Shown: positions 24,307-35,570 of the stretch, piece after piece | How positions within the stretch are numbered: the stretch's first letter is position 1 | How the letters are laid out: each line of letters opens with the position of its first letter | DNA from: Nemertoderma westbladi | Taxonomy: Eukaryota > Animalia > Xenacoelomorpha | Direction of reading: 5' to 3' | Length of the DNA: 64,000 bases | Assembly: GCA_032718475.1 (NCBI GenBank) | Contig: JAUCBJ010008117.1 | Coordinates: forward strand, 62,001-126,000 | Notes under the pieces: generated by a model | What the model saw: only the letters and a program-made list of their open reading frames with translations | Databases searched by the model: none | Told to the model about the DNA's origin: nothing | Translations under genes and position numbers: made by a program

Positions 24307-27173
24307 CTACTACTAGGTCGAGCGAACTCGGACAGTGGAAATGAGATCCTTCCAGGCTTCCCGATTCTCCATAGTTGTCGCAATTTCGTTTCTCCCAAGT
24401 TCAGTATCCCTTTCAAGTTGATCTATATATGTTATGGCCGGTCGTCCACGTCTACGCTTTCCATGAGTTGGTTGCCAGAGAAGTAGATCTGGTATGACCT
24501 CGTCTTTACTTCGCCAGCAGTGCCCACTGAATCTTAATCTGCGTTCACGGAGGGTGGTTGATACAGGTGGTATTGTACCATAAAGCTCGGCGTTTGTCAT
24601 GTGTTGTCTCCAGCTGATGTTTAGGGCTGCCCTTAGTAGTCTTGTGTAGCAACCATCAATTCGTTGTTCAAGTGATTTAGTCAGTGTCCAGGTCTCACCC
24701 CCGTATAAAAATACACTTTCCACTGTGGCTCGAAAGAACTTAGTCTTCAGGTGCCTGGAGAGATCTGATTTCCAGATGGTATCCATTTTTGATAGAGCTA
24801 CCCAAGCCTTTGCTTTCCTAACTTCTATGTCCTTTTTGCTACTCTCTATCCATGATCCAAGGTACTGGAAGTCATCGACCTTCCTTAGTTGATTATTATC
24901 AATGGTTGTCAAGTTCCCATCAACATTAAAGGTCATGAATTCGGTCTTTGTAGCATTTATATGCAATCCAACCTCCTTAGCAGCCCTCTCCACTTTATTT
25001 AGTAGAAGATGTGCATCTGCTAGCGTATTAGAGAGCAGGACGATGTCATCCGCAAAGTCGGTGTCTGTGACTGTAGTTGCCGGATATCTACTACTTCTGC
25101 CTTCTTGAAGTGTGAATCCCAGATCGTCACCCTTTGTGGCCGTCCTCATTGCGTAATCCAGCACAATTACAAATAGTAATGGTGCTAATGTGTCACCTTG
25201 CAGTACTGCAGCTAGGATTGAGAAAAACTCAGTATCACCATCTGGTGAGAGTACCTGCGCTTCTGTGTCACAATATAACAATCCAATGCCAACAACAATT
25301 ACTTCTGGTATTCCATAAGTTCTTAGGATTTCAAGCATTTTACCTCTATGGATGGAGTCGAATGCCTTCTTGAAGTCCACAAAAGTCATGACTGCGGGGA
25401 GATTCTTTGACTTAATTCCTTCAATCAGTCTCCGTAGTGCAAGTATCTGAGCTATTGTTGATCTACTTGGTCGAATCCGTTTTGGCTCTTACGCAGTAGT
25501 TTCTCTAGGTGAGGCCTAATCCTATATAGAATCATTTTATTGTATATTTTGGCAGCTACCACAAGCAGACAGATCCCACGATAGTTTGTTGGTATGCCGA
25601 GGTCTCCTTTCTTGGGGAGAGGCTTTAGTTGACCTTTAGTCCAAATTGGTGGTGGCTTTTCCCCTTTTAACATCCGGTTGCAAACATTCAATAATGGTCT
25701 GTTTAGCACTCCGGTTTTCCATACCTCCGCTGGGATTTCATCTAATCCACTCGCTTTATTATTGGACATGCTTTTAATGCTTCTCTGGAGTTCGGCAGGT
25801 GTGAAGTCCCCTGTTTCTATAGGTTGTGTCTTGTCATATATTTTCCTTGTAGGGCTGACCTCGATGTTTGGTGGCTGCCCAAGCAAGTTCCTGAAGTGAT
25901 TTTTCCACTTCCCAACACGTTCTTCAGGACTATTGGCTTTGAGGCGCCCCTTTGCACAACTTTTCCGACCAGATACCTCATTTACAGTTTGCCAGGTAAG
26001 TCTTGATTGTTGCTGTATGTGAGCAGTTGTATTTGCTTCAGTTTTATCCTGTATGTACTTTTCCTGGCTGGTGTTGTAGGCCAATTTAAGATCGTCCTTA
26101 GCTTTCTCAACCTTGTTAATGTTTTCAGTTGTGGGTTGTTCGGTTTTAACTTTGTAGGCTATCTTAAGATCTTCTCTCTTACAAGTAACCTCAGAGTTTT
26201 GCCATGGCACATACTGTTTTCGTTTGGGTTTCTGGGGGATATGCCTCTTAGCTGATTCCTTGTGGGCTGTAATTATATTCTGGTATATTGAATCGGTGGA
26301 CCGGTCTTCATCCATTGACTGAAGTGCTTCAAAGCGGTTTTTAACTTCTACTGTGTAAGCATCCTTTACTGCATTGTAAGTTCTGAGTTTCTCCCAGTCA
26401 TATTTGATTTGCTTTCTTGTCCTGGGTTTGCTGGCTCTCAAACTGAGTCTGATCTCTGCAGTCACAATTCTGTGGTCCGAACCAATTAGGTTGAACGAGC
26501 TGTATGCCTCGTAGTTGATCATGCTGTTTCTCCACTTTTTGTTTATAAGGATGTAATCCAGTTGTGCTTTGGTTCCATTAGGGTATTGAAAGGTCCATAG
26601 TTTCCCCTTACTCTTTTCGAATGTGTTGTTTGTTGGTATCAATTCACATTCTTCCATTAGGTCTAAAAGTAAGCACCCATTTCTGTTAGAACTGGTGTTT
26701 CAGGTGTAACCCTTGATGTCTTCTGTGCCAATTTGCGCCATGGTCACATACCATACCGTTATATACATATACCGTTATCATACCGTTTTACTCTAACGTA
26801 CTTAGTATCACTTGTGACAGACCCTTTTATTTCTGCGGAGTGAGCGCATACTGTATCATTTGTAAACCTAACATTTTTAAATATCGCCAGACCATTTTAA
26901 ATATAGCCGCCGGTGGCGTAGAGTCCGGATAATAATAATAATAATTGTGTTTCGGAATGTCCTTTATAAGTCCAGTCAGATCTTCATAAAACTTGACTGC
27001 TTGTTCTGGCTCTGAGGCATTGGTTGGACTGTAGCAACATATAACTGATGCCTTGGGATTCCCATCACATGTTGCGATCATAACCCTGGAATTTATAGAT
27101 TCGATGTTTTTTAGGGTCTTAAGTGCAAATGGGCTTAGCAGAATTCCTACTCCACCAATTGATGCATTGGCCG
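24307..27173 (-). mobile_element. 5'-truncated RTE-clade (RTE-X-like) non-LTR retrotransposon
   Basis: APE fragments (CYSPTN, QLDYILI, SDHRIV) and RT (DFKKAFDSI, QGDTLAP, DFADD). (AGT)n 3' tail. 13-bp TSD AGTGACGTGACTA at 24294-24306 and 27174-27186. Frameshift near 25470. Confidence 0.93.
26740..26945 (+). other. About 200-bp foreign insertion in the RTE endonuclease region, ending in (ATA)n
   Basis: Interrupts the APE reading between KDIPKHN and AQIG, with loss of a few codons. Confidence 0.55.
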
Positions 27174-27576
27174 AGTGACGTGACTAGCTACTGTATGTAA
27201 ATAATTGTATAACGTGTACATTAATCCATTATTTAGAGAAAGTATATATATATTGTATGTATTATATGTATATATACTTTAGAGAAAATGACCAAAGAAA
27301 ATGGCGACAGTGTTCAGTAAAACTCAACGGACACAGACGGTGACTAAGTTTGCTTCAGTCGACCAGTGTCGAGATGAATCAAAGATTATCACATCCATGC
27401 ACGAGATAAATCCAATAAATTTTATTAGATATATAAATGTAGTACCGGTACCTGTTAATAAATTTCACTTATATTCGATATAGTACATGATTAAAATGTA
27501 TAAATGAGCATCCATAAAATCCTTTCTTCACATACCGAACGCTGATGAGTTGACATAATGTAACAAAATTACGTAC

Positions 27577-27711
27577 ATCATTGTGTGCAAAGGTTACTTT
27601 TCAGCGTTATAGACCCTTATTTATTTATGTAGACCTTCCTCGCTGCGCTCGCTCGGTACATAAATAAACTCGGGCCGTAACGCTGCAAAGTGCTACTTTG
27701 CACACAATGAT
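27577..27711. mobile_element. Palindromic MITE-like element
   Basis: ATCATTGTGTGCAAAG ... CTTTGCACACAATGAT ends, with further internal inverted pairing around a CTCGCTGCGCTCG centre. Confidence 0.65.
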
Positions 27712-27947
27712 TTGAATAGTTATTATCATTAGGCAGGTATAACTTACAGTATTAGAGTACCATTATGCAATACATTTATTAAATCGCCAACATAATTTCG
27801 TAATTCCTGTAAGTTATTGTGTGGCAAAAATATTTTTTTTGCCGATAAAATGAGTTTGTTTTAGAACATTCGCGCACGCCAACTAACATGGCTAGCCCCG
27901 TAGACCTGGCATATAAATTAAATGTTCCTGCCGACAACAATTTTTCG

Positions 27948-28116
27948 AAAGAGTTAATTGTATTTTATTTATTAATCAAGCTCGTTAAGTAAAAACCTTA
28001 CCGGTAGGTATGTCAGTGCCAAAGTATGTAAAAAACTAAAAAGCAACAAGACCTAGACGTTGCATGAAATTTTACTTAACGTGCTTGATTAATAAATAAA
28101 ATACAATTAACTCTTT
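27948..28116. mobile_element. MITE-like inverted repeat
   Basis: AAAGAGTTAATTGTATTTTATTTATTAATCAAGCTCGTTAAGTAAAA and its near-perfect reverse complement. Confidence 0.7.
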
Positions 28117-28600
28117 ATTATTGGATTTTCAAGCTTCTACTTCAATTTTCGAAAATTCTCGCACACTACTGTAGTTTATTAATAATAATTGTGGCCTACT
28201 GTGCAATGTTTTTTAAGCAATAATGGTATGCCTCATATTTATTTTTCTAGCAAGCACTGAGGTGCTTACAATAATGTGCCACATCATAATCAGAACTCAT
28301 TGCGAGTGAGTACTATACTTTTGTATTGATTATTGTGTTTTATTACTTTGGTGTATATCTTTGTTTACATCGAGTCAGACAGTCTGACAGTAGGCCTGCG
28401 GTAAGTAGGATTATGCAGTAAAACTAGCATAAGGTAGATCACGCTTATTCTCTACCAATTGACAGCTGTGTCTGGACTCTCCCGACTGAGCTGCCTCCAT
28501 TTTTATTATTTCATAAAACGGAGTTTAATGGAATAAAAGATCTATCAATCAATTAATCAACTCAGTTCAACCTTGCAACCCATTGCTTAATGATAAAAAC

Positions 28601-29397
28601 GTAGTACTGTAGGCCTATTAGACGATGCAATAGAGAGTGTAGTAGTACTGTAGGGCTATTAAACGATGCAATAGAGAGTGTAGTAGTACTGTAGGCCTAT
28701 TAGACGATGCAATATAGAGTGTAGTAGTACGTAGGGCTATTAGACGATGCAGTAGATAATATAGTAGTACTGTAGGGCTATTAGACGATGCAGTAGATAA
28801 TGTAGTAGTACTGTAGGGCTATTAGACGATGCAATAGAGAGTGTAGTAGTACTGTAGGGCCATTAGACGATGCAGTAGAGAGTGTAGTAGTACTGTAGGG
28901 CTATTAGACGATGCAGTAGAGAGTGTAGTAGTACTGTAGGCCTATTAGACGATGCAGTAGATAATGTAGTAGTACTGTAGGGCTATTTGACGATGCAATA
29001 GAGAGTGTAGTAGTACTGTAGGCCTATTAGACGATGCAGTAGATAATGTAGTAGTACTGTAGGGCTATTTGACGATGCAATAGAGAGTGTAGTAGTACTG
29101 TAGGCCTATTAGACGATACAGTAGATAATGTAGTAGTACTGTAGGGCTATTTGACGATGCAGTAGATAATGTAGTAGTACTGTAGGGCTATTAGACGATG
29201 CAGTAGAGAGTGTAGTAGTACTGTAGGGCTATTAGACGATGCAGTAGATAATGTAGTAGTACTGTAGGGCTATTAGACGATGCAATAGAGAGTGTAGTAG
29301 TACTGTAGGCCTATTAGACGATGCAATAGAGAGTGTAGTAGTACTGTAGGCCTATTAGACGATGCAATATAGAGTGTAGTAGTACGTAGGGCTGTAG
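28601..29397. repeat. 41-bp minisatellite, about 19 copies
   Basis: GTAGTAGTACTGTAGG(G/C)CTATTAGACGATGCA(A/G)TAGA(GAG/TAA)T units. Confidence 0.95.
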
Positions 29398-29917
29398 ACG
29401 ATTGTCCCCGTCTGTTTAGGAATATTTTTAGGCGGAAGACGCTGATTTATTAGGGGAAATAAGTTCTTATTACGAAGTTGAAATCTATAATATTGTCAGA
29501 GAAACTGTATAATGTTCATTCAACTTGTTAAATAATATTTCCTACTGCCCAATATAACTACTATATAATACAACCTAATACACCAGTAGACATTTGTACC
29601 CAGATAGAGAAGTCACCTTAAATGAATAATGCCAATATTATATATAGAGCACAGACAATAGCCCATCAACCAATCGTAGGATGATACCGCAGGCTAACTA
29701 ACTACAAACAGCTGAAGGGCCAAATTTATTTATCACCTAACTAACAAGGGTTGTGTGTAGTAAGCAAGATATTATTTTTAGTAACCGATTGCTCCTTATA
29801 CTCTACTATAGAAATTATATTGAAGATTCACGGATACGTGCACAGTCCCCTAATTTTTTCATTGCCCTAGCAAAAATTACAAAAATAATTGAAAATTACA
29901 CCAAAAATAGTGAAGGC

Positions 29918-30063
29918 ACTTGAAGCTTACATACTACAAATCTTTCAATCTATGTACAAACTTGAATCTTACATACTATAAATCTTTTAATATATGTACA
30001 AACTTGAATCTTACATACTACAAATCTTTCAATATATGTACAAACCTTACATACTATAAATCT
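29918..30063. repeat. Short tandem repeat, about 42 bp x 3.5
   Basis: AACTTGAATCTTACATACTACAAATCTTTCAATATATGTACA. Confidence 0.8.
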
Positions 30064-32324
30064 CTAAAAAATAGCAAAGTCGACTATATATAACTATTTC
30101 CTTCGATTAAGAAATATTTACACTTAATTGAAACAAAACACTCAGAAGCCAGATGTAATGGCATTGGTAATATTTGAAAAAATCAGTTTTAATAGCAACA
30201 ATAATAAAGACGTTTTGAGATATGTTAAGATAATGCACATTGTAAGACAACTGAGTGTGAACTGAAACCTTTTTTCACGTAGGTCCAATGATAAAAATTA
30301 TTATAATTTACATTCCGGAAACCGTTATCATATCTTTGACGCCTGGGGAACATGTGGAGAAATACCCTCAAACGCGAGCCGGCCGCATTAGCGCTGGTTG
30401 AAATCCAAGCGAGCCCTGATCGGCGCAACAACGGTGGGTGGATGTTGTGAATTATAACGCGAATAAAAAAAAAACGATTAATTGTCTCCGTTGGGAGAAG
30501 TTGAGGAAGCAGCCCAAGCCATGCAGTAGAATTGCTAAATATTTAACATACCTGTTTCGGCTGCAAAACGGCGTGATACATCTCCGGCGATACCTAGGCA
30601 TTTGGAAGAAATGTTTACCAGTTTTCTTCGCTCTACCATAAAGCAATTAATACCTTATTAATTCAACGTAGATTAATTTAACTTACATACATTTTTGATC
30701 TGATTAATTACCTACAGACTGAGCAGGCTAACAAACACATTAGGAATTCGCTATTTTATGCAAAGCCAATGACCAATAGCACATTGCACTGTTACACAAA
30801 TCTGTAGTATTCTCACTATTTATCAAATAAATATTTTGACCAATCACAGGCCAGCCACAACACATCGATCTAACTTTGTTAAATGAAGCCTTGGTGGGAT
30901 AAATATTTCTCCATTTGACGCAACACCGCCGCGGCCGCTATGAGGGAGGTGAATACCGCGGCCGCTCCTAAAGCCGCAGGCCATCGCTAACTATATAGGT
31001 TAACTTGGGATTCTGGGGGACTTTTCGATGAAGGAACTGACCAAATTTTTTTATTTTCTCACCAGGGGAGCGGCTCGGAATTCTAAGATATTAGCAACTC
31101 TAACATTATTAAATCTAACCCTTCGACGGACACGGCGGACAATAAACCGTCATTTTTTCGACAATTTTAAAATTTTTTTGAAAGGCGCTCTACAGTGGCT
31201 CGAAAAAACCCTAGGTTATTGCTTAGCCGACGCCGGGATACGATAGAAGGGATTAATTAGTGAATTCGTTTTTTTTTTTCAAAAAAGATTACCACGCCTT
31301 TTTTCCGAAAATGTCCGTCAAAGTTGAAAAAACGGACAAAATGACTTTGCGGGATCCGCTATAACTCGGCTAATATTAATCGTACGGGGACGAAAGTAAC
31401 GCGGTTGGAAAGGGGAAGAGTGGTACTACCTTCGTATCGAATGGGGGTAAGATATTTATTAAAATTTCGGGTGGAAAAAGGGGCTGTAAATTTGTACGTT
31501 TTTGTCCGTCTTTTTTGGAAAACTTATTTCCGAAATGTTTAATTCGACAACGCGGGTAGGAATCCACTAATTCTTTTATGAAACTCGTAGAAGACCATTG
31601 GGGCTACGTTCCTATCGAATGGGGGTACAAAAAATATGTCGGCAATAGGGGCCAAAAAGGGCCAGAATTTGTAAAGTAGTTTTTATCGAATAATTTTTTA
31701 TTTTTAACTTTAGTTGGTTAAGGTACATTCTATACAGTCAATATCCATACGGGGAATTCAAATATGCTATCGGTTTTGCTCCAAGGATGATATTAAAAAA
31801 ATGAGGGCCAAAATTATAATTTCGCGCTTCAAACTTGCTTCGCGGGAAATCGTCTAGCTCGAAAACTACTTAACTTACGGGAGATTTGTTTACACAGACT
31901 TATAGTGCGTTAAATTATCTATCTAACAGCGTTAATCACAGCGCTGGGGAGGTATTATAAAACTGGAGCGGCAGGCGATCGTGTGAAATATAATATTTAT
32001 AAAAAGGGACGAAAATTTTTTTTTTTAACAAATCGCTATTCCATTATAATTTAGCGTATTGCGCCAAAAGTACCTGTAAAAAGTATCAAATTAACTCCGC
32101 TATCTTTTATCTTAACATATATAATTAAAATTACGAATTTTAAGGGTCGAAAAATATCGCGTTATTTTGGCCCTTTTTTTAAATTTTTTTGGGGCCCAAA
32201 ATAACCCCTTCTCAAAAGATTAAGAAAAAAATTACGGCAAAGAATATACCAATTTTATTGAATTTGGACCACCAGAACCGAAGTTAGAGCGATTTTAGTG
32301 AAAAAATAAAAATAATTTTTTTTG

Positions 32325-32418
32325 CAAAAAAAATTAAGAATGGTCAGGTCAATATTGGATTTCGAACCCGCGAACTTAGGTTTCATTAACGTGATTGATA
32401 ACCACTAGAGTATGTGAC
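32325..32418 (-). other. Degenerate tRNA-derived (Pol III A/B box) module within DNA-transposon-like sequence
   Basis: Minus strand: A-box-like TACTCTAGTGGTTA, B box GCGGGTTCGAAATCC, then a T run. Confidence 0.45.
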
Positions 32419-34236
32419 CAAGAGAATTTGAAATTTTCGGGTGACTATTTTTAAACATCAATAACTTCGGTTCTACTGGGCCGTTTAATCTGAAACTTTT
32501 TTCATTGGATAGAGGATAGATTGTAATTTGTGAAATAGGATACAACTTGGGAAAAGACGCATGTGCACTTAGTGCAAAATGCACTTAAATAGTGAACATT
32601 TTTTCGATATTTCAAACACTATTATTTCCAGTTCTATTCATCGTAGAATGTTATTTTTTGGATTAAAATGTAGTTTGGAATGATTTCTAACTATAATCGT
32701 AACATTTGTTTAACTTTTTATGTCTATAAAGTGACTTAAAATATCCATGAATATGGTCCAAAATCGCAAATCCAGATTTATTAAATTGGATTTTTGACAC
32801 TTTTAGCGAATGACACTTGATCATACACCATCGTAGATCGGTAGAGGATAAACATAAGTTTGTTAAATAAGAGCCACCATTACGATCTGCTAAAGTGCAT
32901 TTATACAAATAAGTGTGCAAAAGTGCAAATTTTTTAATAAGGTCAAATTATATAGTATTGGGTTATTTTCTTTGCAGATACTTTATTTTCATATTAATAT
33001 GTTGTTTGAACCTTACTGAGCGCATTAGGGGATATGCGTACAAATAACCGGCCCTTATGAGGCTTCGATTGGGTAAATTAATAAAACATAAGGTTGTATA
33101 GTATAATATTCTAAAAACCAGTGTGATATTAAATGCACTTTAAATAATAAATAGAAATCAAATAACAATTGGAACACACAATTAAAAACTCGCACAATTT
33201 TGTACTTATTATATCGCTTCAAATTAATTCAACAGTGGATATTTGGGGGAAGGGGGAAGTTACAGTGTGCATTCGGGGGAAGTTTGGTGAACTGCATTTA
33301 TGCAGTGAATCCAAACTTCCCCCTTTGATATATCATATACTTAAGACATGCTAGGGTGACGGGGAAATATTTGTTACTGTCACACTTTGCTTCCATTTAT
33401 CCTATCCTTTATTATTACCCCAGTCAGATAAGAGATAATAAATCAGTAAAAACTAAACTGAACTGTCTTTCATGCAAACAAATTTCTAACTAATGACCAT
33501 GACCATGGAAATAATTTTAAATATAATTGTATATCAACTATTTGGGGAGGCTTCCAAGTTAAACCCGAAAACAATTATTTTGTTACATATATAGTAAATA
33601 ACGTTGTATGTTCTTCTTCCTCTCATAATAAAATATAAATGAAATATCTCAGATAGCTATGCCCTGTAACATTTCACAACCAAAATATTTATGTGTGAAA
33701 AGTGTAGGCCTACCACACTCCGCCCAAACAACCGCAAACGCATAGCCAACAAATTTAACAAAAGGTTACATACATGTTGGGTTCATGACGAGATGAGTGA
33801 AAATTGATCGCGTAATATAAAGTAAAAAATTAAGAGACGGGCTGGCTCTCCTCCACTTTCTTACCCAATGGATATGTTGTTGTAATAATCTAATATTGGG
33901 GCGGCTTTCTCTCGTTATTGGATTATTTAATAGGTTTATTTTTTATGTTTACATTTTTAAGGTGAAAACATTGAAATCAATTCTATTAGTGTATTGTATT
34001 AATCATATGTGTTTGTATTGAAGGCAAACAAATTATGCGTCGATCATTACAGACTTATAAACTCTATAATTTCATAAAAATGAAATAAATAACAAGTAAG
34101 TAACTTGCAGGAAAATGTTCGTTAATGTGAAATAATAATTCTACATACTCCAAACAATGTATTTAGTTCATCACACATACAACACTCAGTCCCAGTGTAT
34201 TTATTATTATTTATTTTACTAAATAATTATTAATTT

Positions 34237-35570
34237 TTAACCATCGACAGCCATCTCTAACAGACATAAACGCTGAACGGGGCGACATAGAACTGAAGTA
34301 CCTGTTCTTACATGTACTGATCGCACGAATCCATCAGAACTAGGTAATACACTCTCAATTCTTCCGAGTTTCCATTTAAACCGTTTAGTATCCGGATCAG
34401 TAACCAAAACTAAATCTCCAACTGCTAAATTTCGACTTGGTTTGAACCATTTTTGTCGTGAGATTAAGAGTTGGATATAAGTATTCCGCCATATTCTCCA
34501 GAATTGACTTGCAATATGCTGCGATTTGCGCCACATAGATCTGTACTGCACTTCATTCTCATTACCGTCATACATCTCATGTATCAATTTAATAGACTGC
34601 GGGAGTGCTGTTGTTCGACGCAACAGCAAATGATTGGGAGTAAGAGCCTCAGTAGAAGTTACATCGTCATTCAATGCACACAATGGGCGGTCATTAATTA
34701 AATATTGTACCTCAGACAACGTAGTACGTAGCACCTCTTCAGTAACAAGTTTATGTTGAGAATGTCGTTTAGTTAATAAGGCGTTTAGTGTATCTTTTGT
34801 GGTCCTAATTAGACGTTCCCAGACGCCCCCGTGATGGCTTGCGGTTGGTGTTTGAAACTCCCATTCGATTTTTCCAATTACTTCATCAGGTATGCCAAGT
34901 TCTTTGGCTTGGATAAGTAAATTGTCAAGTTCTGTTTTACTGCCTCCAAAGTGGCTGCCTTGGTCAGAATAAATACGTTCGACGCCAGCATGGTTACAAA
35001 TAAAGCGTCTGAGGACGCACAACAATGCATCTGCACTATAATTCATAGATAGATCTAATACTATGGCACGTGATATCATACATGTTAATAGTACACCGTA
35101 GCGTTTCTCTGACCCACGCCCCCGAACAACATACATAGGTCCGAATAAATCTACTCCAGTTCTGGAAAAGGGAGGAACATAACCAATTGTTCGTACTGTC
35201 GGAAGCGGTGCCATCATCTGTGTAAGTGGCTGGGCGTATTTCTTGCGGCAGAATATACACTTACGTTGAATCGCCTTAACTAATCGGCGTAACGAATTTA
35301 TACAGTAAGTTTTACGTACCTTTTGAACTGTATAGTCGATTCCTAAATGTCCAGTATTTATATGAATATCTCTTACAATTACCATAGATACGTGATGCGA
35401 GGCAGGTAATATGATGGGAAATATAAAGTCATATTCTGAGGAGTCTATTAGTGGTATTCTAGAACCAACTCGGAGCAAACCATCCTTGCCGATGAATGGG
35501 TTAAGAATAGCTAGAGATCTGGGTAAGCGGGTAGTTTGTTTGTTTAACATCGATCTAATTATATCTCCAT
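34237..35570 (-). mobile_element. BEL/Pao integrase fragment (H2C2, DDE core, C-terminal domain), uninterrupted frame
   Basis: LNPFIGKDGLLRVGSR; H..TGH...CIFC; FSRTGVDLFGP; IYSDQGSHF; HHGGVWERLI; INDRPL; LTPNHLL; GDLVLV...WKLGRI...DGFVRSV. A possible PPT and LTR start (GGAGTA|TGTAGAATT on the minus strand) near 34145. Confidence 0.92.

Noticed and set aside
27538-27580. CTGATGAG hammerhead-like start
   Set aside because: No GAAA core after the putative stem II and no stem I pairing.
30225-30646. GC-richer patch with short ORFs, considered as possible missing AASDH 5' exons
   Set aside because: No adenylation-domain motifs recognised in any frame.
31119-31251. piggyBac-like CCCTT...AAGGG ends
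   Set aside because: The TIR match is short and the TTAA duplication is imperfect.
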